64,000 nucleotides of DNA, from the IMG/VR virus record IMGVR_UViG_3300025154_000056, positions 40,341-104,340 of that record; one strand, written 5' to 3'. Shown piece after piece: positions 55,478 through 63,864 of this stretch. The DNA comes from a virus (taxonomy: Duplodnaviria; Caudoviricetes). The notes under the pieces are model-generated. The model was not told the origin of the DNA and did no database searches. It was given only the letters and a program-made list of their open reading frames with translations. The translations under genes were made by a program, and so were the position numbers. Every line of letters begins with the position of its first letter. Position 1 is the first letter of the stretch.

Positions 55478-56649
55478 CTACCGTGTTTTTGGCTGGAGGG
55501 GAGATCGAAAAGCTCTCGTTGACACTATTTGAGTGTGGCGTAAAGAACATCTTGTATTCGTACTACTACCTGTACCTGTGGAACAAGAGTGCGTTCGTAG
55601 CCCGAATGATCCGAGAAAACCCAGGTGTTAGGTTCTTCCTAGACAGCGGAGCATTCACTCTCGCCACTTCAGCCAAGGAAAAGCCTGAGAAGTTCCCGTC
55701 TCTTGAGGACTACAAGAAGAGATACTTCCAATATATTGATTTGTATGGTGAGCACTACTGTAGAATAGCAGAGCTTGACTTCGACGCAGCAGAGATGATG
55801 ACTCTTGACGAGGTTGACGAAGTCTTGGACGAGATGCTGGAGCGCTGGCCCACATTGAACGTATGCCCGATTATGCATCCGTGGCGCGGCATCGAGCGTT
55901 GGAAGAGCTACATAGAAGACCCACGCATCAAGGTGCTGGGCATTGGTATGGGGCGCTGGAATGTGGGCGAGCTACGGCGGATGGTGATGATGGCTCATAT
56001 GGCAGGGAAGCCCGTCCATGGCTTCGGCATGACCAAGGTGAATACCATCCTCAAATACGTGCCTCTTGATTCTGCAGACTCCAGTTCGTGGCTGTCTGGG
56101 CAGAAGTTCGGCACTCAGTACATCTTCAATGGACGTAGCTTTATTACACTTACGCAGAAGAACCGAGCTAAGCAGCGCCGCAAGCAGTACAAGAAGTACT
56201 TCGAATCTATTGGTTGTGACTACCACAAGATACTAGAAGACGATGTGCAGGAAGTGCGTAAGTCCAACGCAATAGCTTGGATTCGATTAGCTGCTAGGCT
56301 TGAGTACATGCGAAAGCTACAGAACCGCAACCTCACCGAAGCAGCTGGCGCGGAAGTGGACAACGGGGCGTACAACGTCGACACTATGGGGGATATGTTC
56401 CGTAACCCTCCGTCGCACAGAGACGAAGCCCCTACAACCCGCACTATCGAGAGGAGCGAACCAATTGTTCGGTCGCAAAAAGAAAGATTCCAACCACCCA
56501 GTGGAAACACCCGCCTCAGGAATGACCCTAGCGCAGGCGAAAGAGCTTTGGGCAGAGAAGGATCCCCAGCTCCTGCAGGCATTCCAAGAGTACGAAGCCC
56601 ACGCCCGCAAGTTCAACGACCTGTTCGATCAACTCCAAAAGGTGAATAA
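55474..56649 (+). CDS. dpdA: DNA 7-deazaguanine transglycosylase (TGT-like)
   Basis: LYSYYY, FFLDSGAFT, ELD, PIMH, VHGFGMT, DSADSSSW; near folE/queD/queE. Confidence 0.85.
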   Translation: MTTVFLAGGEIEKLSLTLFECGVKNILYSYYYLYLWNKSAFVARMIRENPGVRFFLDSGAFTLATSAKEKPEKFPSLEDYKKRYFQYIDLYGEHYCRIAELDFDAAEMMTLDEVDEVLDEMLERWPTLNVCPIMHPWRGIERWKSYIEDPRIKVLGIGMGRWNVGELRRMVMMAHMAGKPVHGFGMTKVNTILKYVPLDSADSSSWLSGQKFGTQYIFNGRSFITLTQKNRAKQRRKQYKKYFESIGCDYHKILEDDVQEVRKSNAIAWIRLAARLEYMRKLQNRNLTEAAGAEVDNGAYNVDTMGDMFRNPPSHRDEAPTTRTIERSEPIVRSQKERFQPPSGNTRLRNDPSAGERALGREGSPAPAGIPRVRSPRPQVQRPVRSTPKGE

Positions 56650-56656
56650 GAAATGA
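56465..56656 (+). CDS. small helical protein overprinted on the dpdA tail
   Basis: GAGGAG then TTG start; stop overlaps the next ATG. Confidence 0.5.
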   Translation: MFGRKKKDSNHPVETPASGMTLAQAKELWAEKDPQLLQAFQEYEAHARKFNDLFDQLQKVNKK

Positions 56657-57510
56657 ATCTTATCAAGATACCTAAGCTCAGTCTCTCTGCCCCGAACTTT
56701 GGCTGGGATCCTGACCCGTACTCTCCCTTCGATCTGCGGCACAATGAGCTGTACTCTGATGCTCCTACAACAGGAGACATCGACAATACAAAGTACTTCA
56801 AAGACATCTCACAGCAAAGCTACCTGCCCAGCTGTACGTCACAAGCAGGGACGGACCTCAAGGAGGCTTGGGAAATCTTCCTACTCACACTGGGCGGCTC
56901 GGACCTCCTCACAGCGAAGTCTAGGATCCCTGACCTATCGAGGATGTTTCCGTGGTACTGGGGCCGTAGCTACATGGACCCGCCCAGGCATAAGGACGCC
57001 ACGTCAGGCTGCCACAACCGGCTTATCCTGGAGGCAATCTCCAGGCTCGGCAGCCCACCAGAAAAGTACTGGCCCTACGATTTCAAGCTTGCGACAGTCA
57101 GGCCCAGCATTACAGCTGGAGCTTATGCTGCACAGTACGCAGATGTCCGCACGGCCCCTGATGGGTCAATCATTCGGCGCGCAAGGTTCCAGAAGATCAG
57201 CCACAGTGACTTCCTGAGGCACAAATTCATCGAGCGCATCATTCAGACTCTGCACAACAGTCCTGGCGTGATGTTCGGCACAGACCTCACACTGACGTTC
57301 TACAACGTAATTGACGACAAGGTTATTGGGCCAGAGTCCAAGACCAGGGGGCGTCATGCTATGCTCATCGTCGGGTGGAACGAGATGAAAGGCGCATTCA
57401 AGGTGCGTAACTCGTGGGGGCCTGACTTCGGCTTTGGTGGCTACTGCTGGATGAGTGCAGAATACATCATGTGGAATAAGTCACGCAGCTTCTGGACGTA
57501 CACCAAGTAA
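56653..57510 (+). CDS. papain-like C1 family cysteine peptidase
   Basis: QQSYLPSCTSQA, EKYWPY, GRHAMLIVGW, FKVRNSWG...GYCW. Confidence 0.9.
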   Translation: MNLIKIPKLSLSAPNFGWDPDPYSPFDLRHNELYSDAPTTGDIDNTKYFKDISQQSYLPSCTSQAGTDLKEAWEIFLLTLGGSDLLTAKSRIPDLSRMFPWYWGRSYMDPPRHKDATSGCHNRLILEAISRLGSPPEKYWPYDFKLATVRPSITAGAYAAQYADVRTAPDGSIIRRARFQKISHSDFLRHKFIERIIQTLHNSPGVMFGTDLTLTFYNVIDDKVIGPESKTRGRHAMLIVGWNEMKGAFKVRNSWGPDFGFGGYCWMSAEYIMWNKSRSFWTYTK

Positions 57511-57521
57511 GGAGTCTTCTA

Positions 57522-57728
57522 ATGGGAGTAAAGCATGCATTCTACGTTACCTCGAAGGAGCATCACGAAGACTTCTGGGGCAATAGATCATACGTGAAAT
57601 TGGTTGGTATGGACTGTGACGTAGTCATCTACAGAGAAGGAGGCTCAAATATCCTGAAGGACTTCATCCCTAGTTCTGGGCAGAACAAGAGGTTCAGAAT
57701 CCTTGTGGAGGAGTGCGATGGGGAATAG
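57522..57728 (+). CDS. hypothetical protein
   Basis: SD AAGGAG. Confidence 0.55.
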   Translation: MGVKHAFYVTSKEHHEDFWGNRSYVKLVGMDCDVVIYREGGSNILKDFIPSSGQNKRFRILVEECDGE

Positions 57729-57990
57729 AGACTATTCCAGATACCGTGACGGCCTCCTAGTTGCTGGCTTTAGCACGAAAGAGATGGATGAACTGATTGG
57801 TGATATGCAACGTGAGGACGAACTGCTAGACAAGCTGGTCTGCCCAAAATGTGGTGGTCAATTGACTCGTTCGTGCGATGGACGACAGTCTGGCTGCTCA
57901 CAAGTACCTGGTAACTGGAACAATTACCGGTGTGCTTGTGGCTTCATGCTGGATAGAGTCGATCCCGTTTCGGACCCTAAGGAGCCCTAA
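57718..57990 (+). CDS. Zn-ribbon hypothetical protein
   Basis: CPKCGG...CACGF; SD GGAGG. Confidence 0.6.
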   Translation: MGNRDYSRYRDGLLVAGFSTKEMDELIGDMQREDELLDKLVCPKCGGQLTRSCDGRQSGCSQVPGNWNNYRCACGFMLDRVDPVSDPKEP

Positions 57991-58328
57991 TGAATAGGCT
58001 GACGCACACTTCAATTCTTTTGGTCCTTCTTGCCACTCTCGTAGGCTGTTCGCCCTCCAGTGACCCAGCACCTGTGATCAGACCAGCATCGGGCGCCGAG
58101 CAGTGCGGGGAGGCGTGCAAGAAGATGGAGACGTACCCCAACAACGAAGGCGGTCTAGGGTGTGTACCTCCCATCATGGTGCCAGACGATGACGGAGGAC
58201 TCGTCGAGCTGGAGTGCAAGGATTGGTGTGAGTACCAGCACAGCCAGGGATACGGATGGGATGCAGAGTGCATCATCAATATAGCAGTCACTTGCGATGA
58301 GGTAGAGGAAATCTGCCAAGGACAATAA
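57990..58328 (+). CDS. Cys-rich lipoprotein
   Basis: Signal peptide with lipobox LVGC; CxxxC repeats. Confidence 0.7.
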   Translation: MNRLTHTSILLVLLATLVGCSPSSDPAPVIRPASGAEQCGEACKKMETYPNNEGGLGCVPPIMVPDDDGGLVELECKDWCEYQHSQGYGWDAECIINIAVTCDEVEEICQGQ

Positions 58329-58350
58329 CGACAGACGACAAGAGGAGGAT

Positions 58351-58650
58351 ATGATGCAGACTGTGAATATCAGCGGACTTGATCATGCGGCGGTTCTGGC
58401 TGCTCTCTACAACGCCTCTAAGCCACTGGGGATGGGTATATACCAATTCACACCTGAGGACATGAGTATGGGAGAGGCAGTTGAGTTGCTTGAGAAATAC
58501 AAGTACTTTGACTACCTCAAGGGCCGCGTCATGAAGATCGGGTTCGAGGGGCACAATCTGAGAGATGATATGCTGCGCATCGATCTGTATGATCGCGACA
58601 ACGGCGACGGTGCCGCCCAGCGTGCGATCAACAGCTTGCGAGGTGTGTGA
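58351..58650 (+). CDS. conserved phage hypothetical protein
   Basis: VLAALYNASKP.GMG, YFDYLKGRVMK, YDRDNG.GAA motifs seen in phage proteins. Confidence 0.75.
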   Translation: MMQTVNISGLDHAAVLAALYNASKPLGMGIYQFTPEDMSMGEAVELLEKYKYFDYLKGRVMKIGFEGHNLRDDMLRIDLYDRDNGDGAAQRAINSLRGV

Positions 58651-59093
58651 CAATGTACAGAGACAATCTGTTCTATAACGCACTCAGCCGCTTTATGAAG
58701 CTACCCAAGGTAAAGGCGGCTGATGAAACACTGTCCGAAGTTCTCGGCGACATTGGGTTCGTTACTTGGCGGGTTCGAGCTTACCTTGCTATCTGGAAGC
58801 TGCATGGGTATCGAGTGTCTCCTCTGGAAGTCCGTAGGCAATATGGAAAGAGGTTTTCCGAGTCAGCGGTACACGGGCTATCGGTGCTGAAAGGCCCAAG
58901 AGCTGATGTCAGCTTGACCGAGCTAGAGGAGGAGATACAGCGAGCCATCGACAGAACAGAGAAGCGGAACGCTATAGTACGAAAGAACCAAGCGTTGTGT
59001 GCAGAGCACGGCCACATTCGGACCACGAGCATCTTCTGCGATAGATGTAGCGAGTTTCTGGGGGAAAGACGAAGAAGAGGAGGCTATGTATGA
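58647..59093 (+). CDS. hypothetical protein
   Basis: Coupled; C-terminal C...GH...CDRC. Confidence 0.6.
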   Translation: MTMYRDNLFYNALSRFMKLPKVKAADETLSEVLGDIGFVTWRVRAYLAIWKLHGYRVSPLEVRRQYGKRFSESAVHGLSVLKGPRADVSLTELEEEIQRAIDRTEKRNAIVRKNQALCAEHGHIRTTSIFCDRCSEFLGERRRRGGYV

Positions 59094-59428
59094 ATAGCAA
59101 GTTTACAAAAACAGTCATTGCTGTAGGAGCTGAGGATCTACAGTCGCTGCTGGAGGAGCGGGCGACATTGATTCAGTCTCTTACTGAGACTCAGAAGCAC
59201 AACACAGACTTGGTGCTGCAAAACAGAAGTCTCAATGAGACAATCAACAAACTGCAGGCAGAGATAGAAAGGCTTCGAAATCAGACCATTACAATGCCTT
59301 CACAGCAAGAGGCGATGTACAACAAGCTGGCACAAGACTTCAAGACTGTAGTGCATCCGAGTTTCAGCGACATCATTCACCAGGATCAATTGACAAGGAC
59401 GAGTAATGAAGACTCAAGAAACCGCTGA
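59090..59428 (+). CDS. coiled-coil hypothetical protein
   Basis: Heptad-rich; coupled. Confidence 0.6.
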   Translation: MNSKFTKTVIAVGAEDLQSLLEERATLIQSLTETQKHNTDLVLQNRSLNETINKLQAEIERLRNQTITMPSQQEAMYNKLAQDFKTVVHPSFSDIIHQDQLTRTSNEDSRNR

Positions 59429-59951
59429 AGCCTATCAGAAGATCCAGGACGAGCAGGTACCGTGGGTGAAGCACAACTTCCCCGGTCGACCGCCTCATCA
59501 GCCTCTCATGGGCATTACAGAAGAGCTTGGTGAATTCGTGGATGCGTTGGAGGTATATGCGCACCAAGACATGATGGACGCGCTAGCAGATATCATGATC
59601 TACTTCTGCGACTATGCTTCGGCGTGCGAAATCAAAGTATCTGACTTGTACATAGAGTCTCTCAATTACTTTGAGAACCGGCTCCAGTCCATCAGCATCC
59701 TAGGTAAGCTGCACCACCATAGGCTCAAGCTCGACCAAGGCATTCGCAAGAATGAAGACCACGCAGCCATGACGTTTGAGTACATGGCAAAGCTATTTGC
59801 GTGGTGCCACGTAACCTGCCTACGGAAGACCGGAAAGCCATTGGTCCTAGTCACTACCGACGTGTGGGAAAACATCGTCAAGAAGCGCGACTGGCAGGCA
59901 AACAAGGATAGTGGAGGTGCTGCGGCTGATGTACCCGCTGAGAGAACCTAG
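59406..59951 (+). CDS. MazG-like nucleotide pyrophosphohydrolase
   Basis: W..HNF, GITEELGE, DALADIMIY, VWENIVKKRDW. Confidence 0.8.
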   Translation: MKTQETAEAYQKIQDEQVPWVKHNFPGRPPHQPLMGITEELGEFVDALEVYAHQDMMDALADIMIYFCDYASACEIKVSDLYIESLNYFENRLQSISILGKLHHHRLKLDQGIRKNEDHAAMTFEYMAKLFAWCHVTCLRKTGKPLVLVTTDVWENIVKKRDWQANKDSGGAAADVPAERT

Positions 59952-60062
59952 ATCAAACGAACCGCTAGACCTAGCTGTCTTCTCAATAATGATTGCTTTA
60001 TTGTGTCTAGTGCTGGCGATTCGAGGATGCGTAGTAGACCACACAGCAACGGAGGATAAACA

Positions 60063-60344
60063 GTGCCACCAAAACCATTGATAGTAAGCAATGCAGAGAT
60101 GTACACAGAAGTACTCGGGCAGTCTCCCAACTTCTCTCCAGGTAGGTCTTCTGTGTACCTCACTCTTCAGGGCGACAACGGGTTCAGTCTACGTGTGGAG
60201 CTTGTACACCACCACGACTACAATAGAATCATTAGGTATATGGATTCAGGACGGCGAGAGCAAGAGGTGGTGTGTACCAACCCATGCACCTGCAGGAGTG
60301 GAATCTTCTTTGATAAGTGCGATGATCCTAGGTGGCGACGATGA
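60063..60344 (+). CDS. hypothetical early protein
   Basis: Preceded by the CAGCAACGGAGGA RBS. Confidence 0.55.
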   Translation: MPPKPLIVSNAEMYTEVLGQSPNFSPGRSSVYLTLQGDNGFSLRVELVHHHDYNRIIRYMDSGRREQEVVCTNPCTCRSGIFFDKCDDPRWRR

Positions 60345-60553
60345 GCGCTGTGCACCGTGAGTTGTGGGATAGGGCGAGAGCACACCATCAGCTGAAGCAC
60401 AACTTGCAGGAGGTACACAACCCTGAGACATGCGAGAACCCAGAGTGTGAGATCTGCGGCATCATCTGCTGCCCATACGACTGCCCAGAGCACTTCTGGC
60501 ATGATGGGTGTCCTTGTTGCTGCGGAACAGCTGTAGACCCTCATGGAGAATAA
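60341..60553 (+). CDS. small Cys/His-rich protein
   Basis: CEICGIICCP...HFWHDGCPCC. Confidence 0.6.
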   Translation: MSAVHRELWDRARAHHQLKHNLQEVHNPETCENPECEICGIICCPYDCPEHFWHDGCPCCCGTAVDPHGE

Positions 60554-61166
60554 GACGCATAAGTTCTGGGTACGAGATCCGAAACCTTACCACCCGCACC
60601 CACGGATCCTTGTGGGCTTCCAGGTGGAAGACACTGATGAAGGTCTGCTTATCAGATGGGCTAGCGCCACCCTGGCACCCCAAGACAGGTTTGACCGGAA
60701 GGAGGCACACCGGCAGGTTGATGCATTGCTCGGAACTCCCTTTGCAAAGACGAAGCGGCTTCCTGAAGTCACTGTCGAGAGCATGCGGGACCCTGTTATG
60801 TACAGGAGGGTAAGAGTACTGATCTTGGAAGCAGAATGGGCTGGGGCTATTTGGGCTTCGCTCAAGAGAATGACATGTGCTTGTGCGGTAATTGGTAGAC
60901 CGCTAACCAGCCTGGAACGAAGGCACTGGTGTGAGGCAATGCGCAAGCCAGCCCTCAACCTGTACCTGGTGCGTGACTTCTCACACCAGGATCAGAGGCG
61001 ACCTAGTGTGCTGATAGCTGCTAGGAATGCGGAAGCAGCCAGACTTACTGGTCACATGTGGTTGCGTGGCCCCGACCTGACTGTAGTGTCGATAGGGAAG
61101 GCGGATCAATCTGTGAAGCCTGGTGTTCTGCTGGACAGCATAGTGGGTGATTCCTCTCGCCCTTGA
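60543..61166 (+). CDS. hypothetical protein
   Basis: 207-aa ORF; PQDRFDRKEA motif. Confidence 0.6.
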   Translation: MENKTHKFWVRDPKPYHPHPRILVGFQVEDTDEGLLIRWASATLAPQDRFDRKEAHRQVDALLGTPFAKTKRLPEVTVESMRDPVMYRRVRVLILEAEWAGAIWASLKRMTCACAVIGRPLTSLERRHWCEAMRKPALNLYLVRDFSHQDQRRPSVLIAARNAEAARLTGHMWLRGPDLTVVSIGKADQSVKPGVLLDSIVGDSSRP

Positions 61167-61191
61167 CTCTCGCAAAAACAACACTTACAAT
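61163..61191 (+). promoter_or_regulatory. sigma70-type promoter (TTGACT-17-TACAAT)
   Basis: Near-consensus hexamers with 17-bp spacing. Confidence 0.7.
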
Positions 61192-61204
61192 TGAAGTTAC
61201 CAGT

Positions 61205-61225
61205 AGCCCCTTCACGGGGCTTTTT
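61205..61225 (+). terminator. intrinsic terminator
   Basis: AGCCCC-TTCAC-GGGGCT followed by a T run. Confidence 0.75.
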
Positions 61226-61344
61226 GGGTGTCTACCATGTGGAGACTAACTAGGAGGTGCATCATGCGCCGTACCAGCTAAAACCTGGTGCAAGCCACGT
61301 AGCCTTAGCGGTTCGTGGCTTGTGGGCGTAGGAGGACCAAAGAC

Positions 61345-61668
61345 ATGGGAGACGTCATCAGCATCTACGTGGCTCGAAAGCCATCAGTGTACGTAATGCA
61401 AAGAATCTATAAGCTACTTCGTGCTGGTGGCTGCGAGCCTTCCGAGAAGTACAACATCAGATACGCTACAGGTGAGGAACATGTCCGTTACGCTACTCGA
61501 CGTATTCACCTCGTTGACCCAGAAGCGACGGTGAAGCGTAACATCTGCTCTACCAAGCATGTGTCGAGAAAGAACCTCACCACTGACCCGCAGAGGGTTA
61601 CGTGCGCGCTGTGTAAGCGTAAGCTCCGACAAGCTGCTGCTATCCAATGGAAAGGTGATGTACTGTAA
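61345..61668 (+). CDS. hypothetical protein with C-terminal Zn-binding motif
   Basis: SD AGGAGG; IHL..C..VTCALC. Confidence 0.6.
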   Translation: MGDVISIYVARKPSVYVMQRIYKLLRAGGCEPSEKYNIRYATGEEHVRYATRRIHLVDPEATVKRNICSTKHVSRKNLTTDPQRVTCALCKRKLRQAAAIQWKGDVL

Positions 61669-61669
61669 G

Positions 61670-61861
61670 CTACTTTCCTATTCGAATTGTTTCAAGTGGT
61701 CCGAATAGGCCGAAGGCACTTAGTAACCAGAGGATGACCGCGATGATCACCACGACATTTAGAATGCGCTTGATCCTCACCTCCATAGGAATGTAGCTAT
61801 TTACTACCCACAACAGGAGACCTACTACAACCAGCACCAGGATTAGATGAATGAGTGTCAT
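61670..61861 (-). CDS. small two-TM membrane protein (Thivi_2564-like family)
   Basis: LIHLILVLVVVGLLLWVVNSYIPM...KRILNVVVIIAVILWLLSAFG. Confidence 0.75.
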   Translation of the reverse strand: MTLIHLILVLVVVGLLLWVVNSYIPMEVRIKRILNVVVIIAVILWLLSAFGLFGPLETIRIGK

Positions 61862-61924
61862 GGCTGGTGCATGGTGCTTTTTGGGCGAGTACACCACCCC
61901 TCTCACCAATGAAAGCCTCTAAAC

Positions 61925-62350
61925 ATGCGTAATAAATGCCATCCATACCGTAGTAGGTTGGAAAACTTCATCCGAAAGGTTGAAAAACTTCGTTCGCCGA
62001 CTTTCGAGGTGCGCGGTAGCTCGCCGTGGGGGATGCCTCTCATGAGGTCAGACCAACCGTGCTCTCGATGCGGATACAAAGGACACGGCTTGTTTTGGTA
62101 CAATTACGTGGCTCACTACCGCAATGCTAATGGAGAGTACCTAGAAGCATTGTGTGGAGATGGGAACGGATACTGGGGCTGTCTTCAAGCCACGGTACCG
62201 TTCGTGTGGAGTCCCTTCGCAAATCAATTGGTTGTCCTTGCCTCTTCAGCAGACATAGTAGGCAACTTCATTACGTGGCATAGCCACTGGTCCACCGAAC
62301 CTCGTCATTGGTTTGGTGGGCTATTGACTTGGCTTCATTACCCAAACTAG
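61925..62350 (+). CDS. hypothetical protein
   Basis: 141-aa ORF with weak start context. Confidence 0.35.
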   Translation: MRNKCHPYRSRLENFIRKVEKLRSPTFEVRGSSPWGMPLMRSDQPCSRCGYKGHGLFWYNYVAHYRNANGEYLEALCGDGNGYWGCLQATVPFVWSPFANQLVVLASSADIVGNFITWHSHWSTEPRHWFGGLLTWLHYPN

Positions 62351-62605
62351 GCCAGTCGAAATTTGGGCGCGCCGAAAAATTCAGCAAATGCATCGGCAGA
62401 CTGGCCGTAACGGTTGCCGATTTAGGGCAGCCGGTATTCGGCCTTCGGCGTTTCCACCATCTTCTTATTCCTCCCCTAAGAGATAAGATCACATTATCAA
62501 TCGGTTATCATTGATATTTGTTGATAATCAATCTCTATTAGTAGTCGGCCTATTCACGCGCGCACGCGCTCTCACCTGCATATGTAGCAGCGGTATTGAC
62601 GGCAC

Positions 62606-62634
62606 TTGACGGGCGGTCCGTTCGTTGACATATT
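62606..62634 (+). promoter_or_regulatory. putative early promoter (TTGACG-17-CATATT, extended TG)
   Basis: Upstream of the early-gene RBS. Confidence 0.45.
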
Positions 62635-62665
62635 CAATGAACAGCAATTCAACACGGAGGATTTC

Positions 62666-62881
62666 ATGCGGAACATCACTATTACTGAGCAACCCTATGC
62701 GTGGTTGATTGAGTGGCCCGACGGTACTACTTCCAGAGTGATAACTGCTGCATCTGCTCTGCGCGCGGTCAAACAGTCCGGTGAGTGGATTGCCAAAGGA
62801 GGATCCTCGGATGCTGCGGTCATCACATGGTGCCCCTGCACTAAAGTTGGCCGTATTGTAGTCAAGGCGCTACAGGGGTAG
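62666..62881 (+). CDS. hypothetical early protein
   Basis: RBS CAACACGGAGGA. Confidence 0.6.
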   Translation: MRNITITEQPYAWLIEWPDGTTSRVITAASALRAVKQSGEWIAKGGSSDAAVITWCPCTKVGRIVVKALQG

Positions 62882-62884
62882 AAC

Positions 62885-63145
62885 ATGTCAATACTGTACA
62901 AACTACTATCCAGCTTGCCTAGCTCATGGAGGCCCGTTCGCGCTCCAGAGCCCGTTAGCGTTCCCAGAACAAGTTCGCCGAACTATGAGGAGATTGCCGA
63001 ACGAATCATCAACATCGTGAAAACAACGACGATCAACGTGCAACCCAGTAGGGGAAGAGGAGTGCCGTCTGACTCCAGGCGCAGGTTGAGGCGAAAGATT
63101 CGCCGAGCAGTGGTGAGGGAATTGCGCAGGCTTGACAATAGATAG
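62885..63145 (+). CDS. basic hypothetical protein
   Basis: Follows the previous gene; Arg-rich C-terminus. Confidence 0.5.
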   Translation: MSILYKLLSSLPSSWRPVRAPEPVSVPRTSSPNYEEIAERIINIVKTTTINVQPSRGRGVPSDSRRRLRRKIRRAVVRELRRLDNR

Positions 63146-63183
63146 AATAGACTTAGGTTCTATTCACCAACAACGGAGGAACA
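63132..63183 (+). promoter_or_regulatory. early promoter plus shared RBS cassette (TTGACA...CAACAACGGAGGAACA)
   Basis: Same architecture repeated at 63620-63670. Confidence 0.6.
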
Positions 63184-63187
63184 TACC

Positions 63188-63613
63188 ATGGGAACACGCC
63201 GATACTGCGGAAGCATCACCATCTACGTCGACTACAATGATGTGTCTGGAGGCTATCTATGCCGAGTCGTGTTGAAGGACGGCAACGGTAAGAAGCATGC
63301 CGAGCCCATCTTCGTGAGGCAACCTCAAGCTCTTACCAATGCTGTGGATTCGCCTATCGAGTACACGTCTGCGGCAAGTGCTGCGCTATCATTCTTGGGC
63401 AGCCCTATCAGTAGCGAATTTGACACAGCTGCCGAGTTCGAGGATGCCAAAGACTTCGCTTCTATGATCGATGATTGTGCGTTGTTCGGCGATACGGGCT
63501 GGAGTATCAGGACGCGTGCCGAAAAGAACGCGGTTCCCGTCTATCAGGATCCACGCCGTGGTCCTGGTATGGGTCACATCGCTAGCCGATCCTACAGCGG
63601 GGTTGTTAGGTAA
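63188..63613 (+). CDS. hypothetical early protein
   Basis: Strong RBS. Confidence 0.7.
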   Translation: MGTRRYCGSITIYVDYNDVSGGYLCRVVLKDGNGKKHAEPIFVRQPQALTNAVDSPIEYTSAASAALSFLGSPISSEFDTAAEFEDAKDFASMIDDCALFGDTGWSIRTRAEKNAVPVYQDPRRGPGMGHIASRSYSGVVR

Positions 63614-63619
63614 GCAGTC

Positions 63620-63670
63620 TTGACAATTCAAACTGCGTAATTAGACTTGCAACACAACAACGGAGGAACA
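63620..63670 (+). promoter_or_regulatory. early promoter plus shared RBS cassette (TTGACA-16-TAGACT...CAACAACGGAGGAACA)
   Basis: 16-nt RBS block identical to 63168-63183. Confidence 0.6.
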
Positions 63671-63671
63671 C

Positions 63672-63864
63672 ATGGATGCAAACACGATCGAAATCAACGG
63701 CGAGACCTACATCAAGAAAAGTAGCGCGCCGACCGGCAGTAGGATTGTCCTTGTCGTCGACAAGGGGTGGATCTTCGCAGGTGACGTGACTGAGGAGAAT
63801 GGCCGAATCTACTTGGCATTCTGAGGTCTACCGAGTACCGGTCGCCGACGATTGGGGGCTGTGA
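63672..63864 (+). pseudogene. frameshifted, internally deleted small phage gene (DUF6948-like partner of GDGY-repeat genes)
   Basis: MDANTIEINGETY...IVLVVDKGWIFAGDVTEENGRIYLAF* stops at 63824; the expected C-terminus HSEVYRVPVADDWGL* is in the +1 frame and couples to the next ATG. Confidence 0.55.

Noticed and set aside
27881-56656. Alternative genetic code as the cause of long gene overlaps
   Set aside because: All three stop codons end conserved genes normally, and no single sense codon recurs at the overlap points
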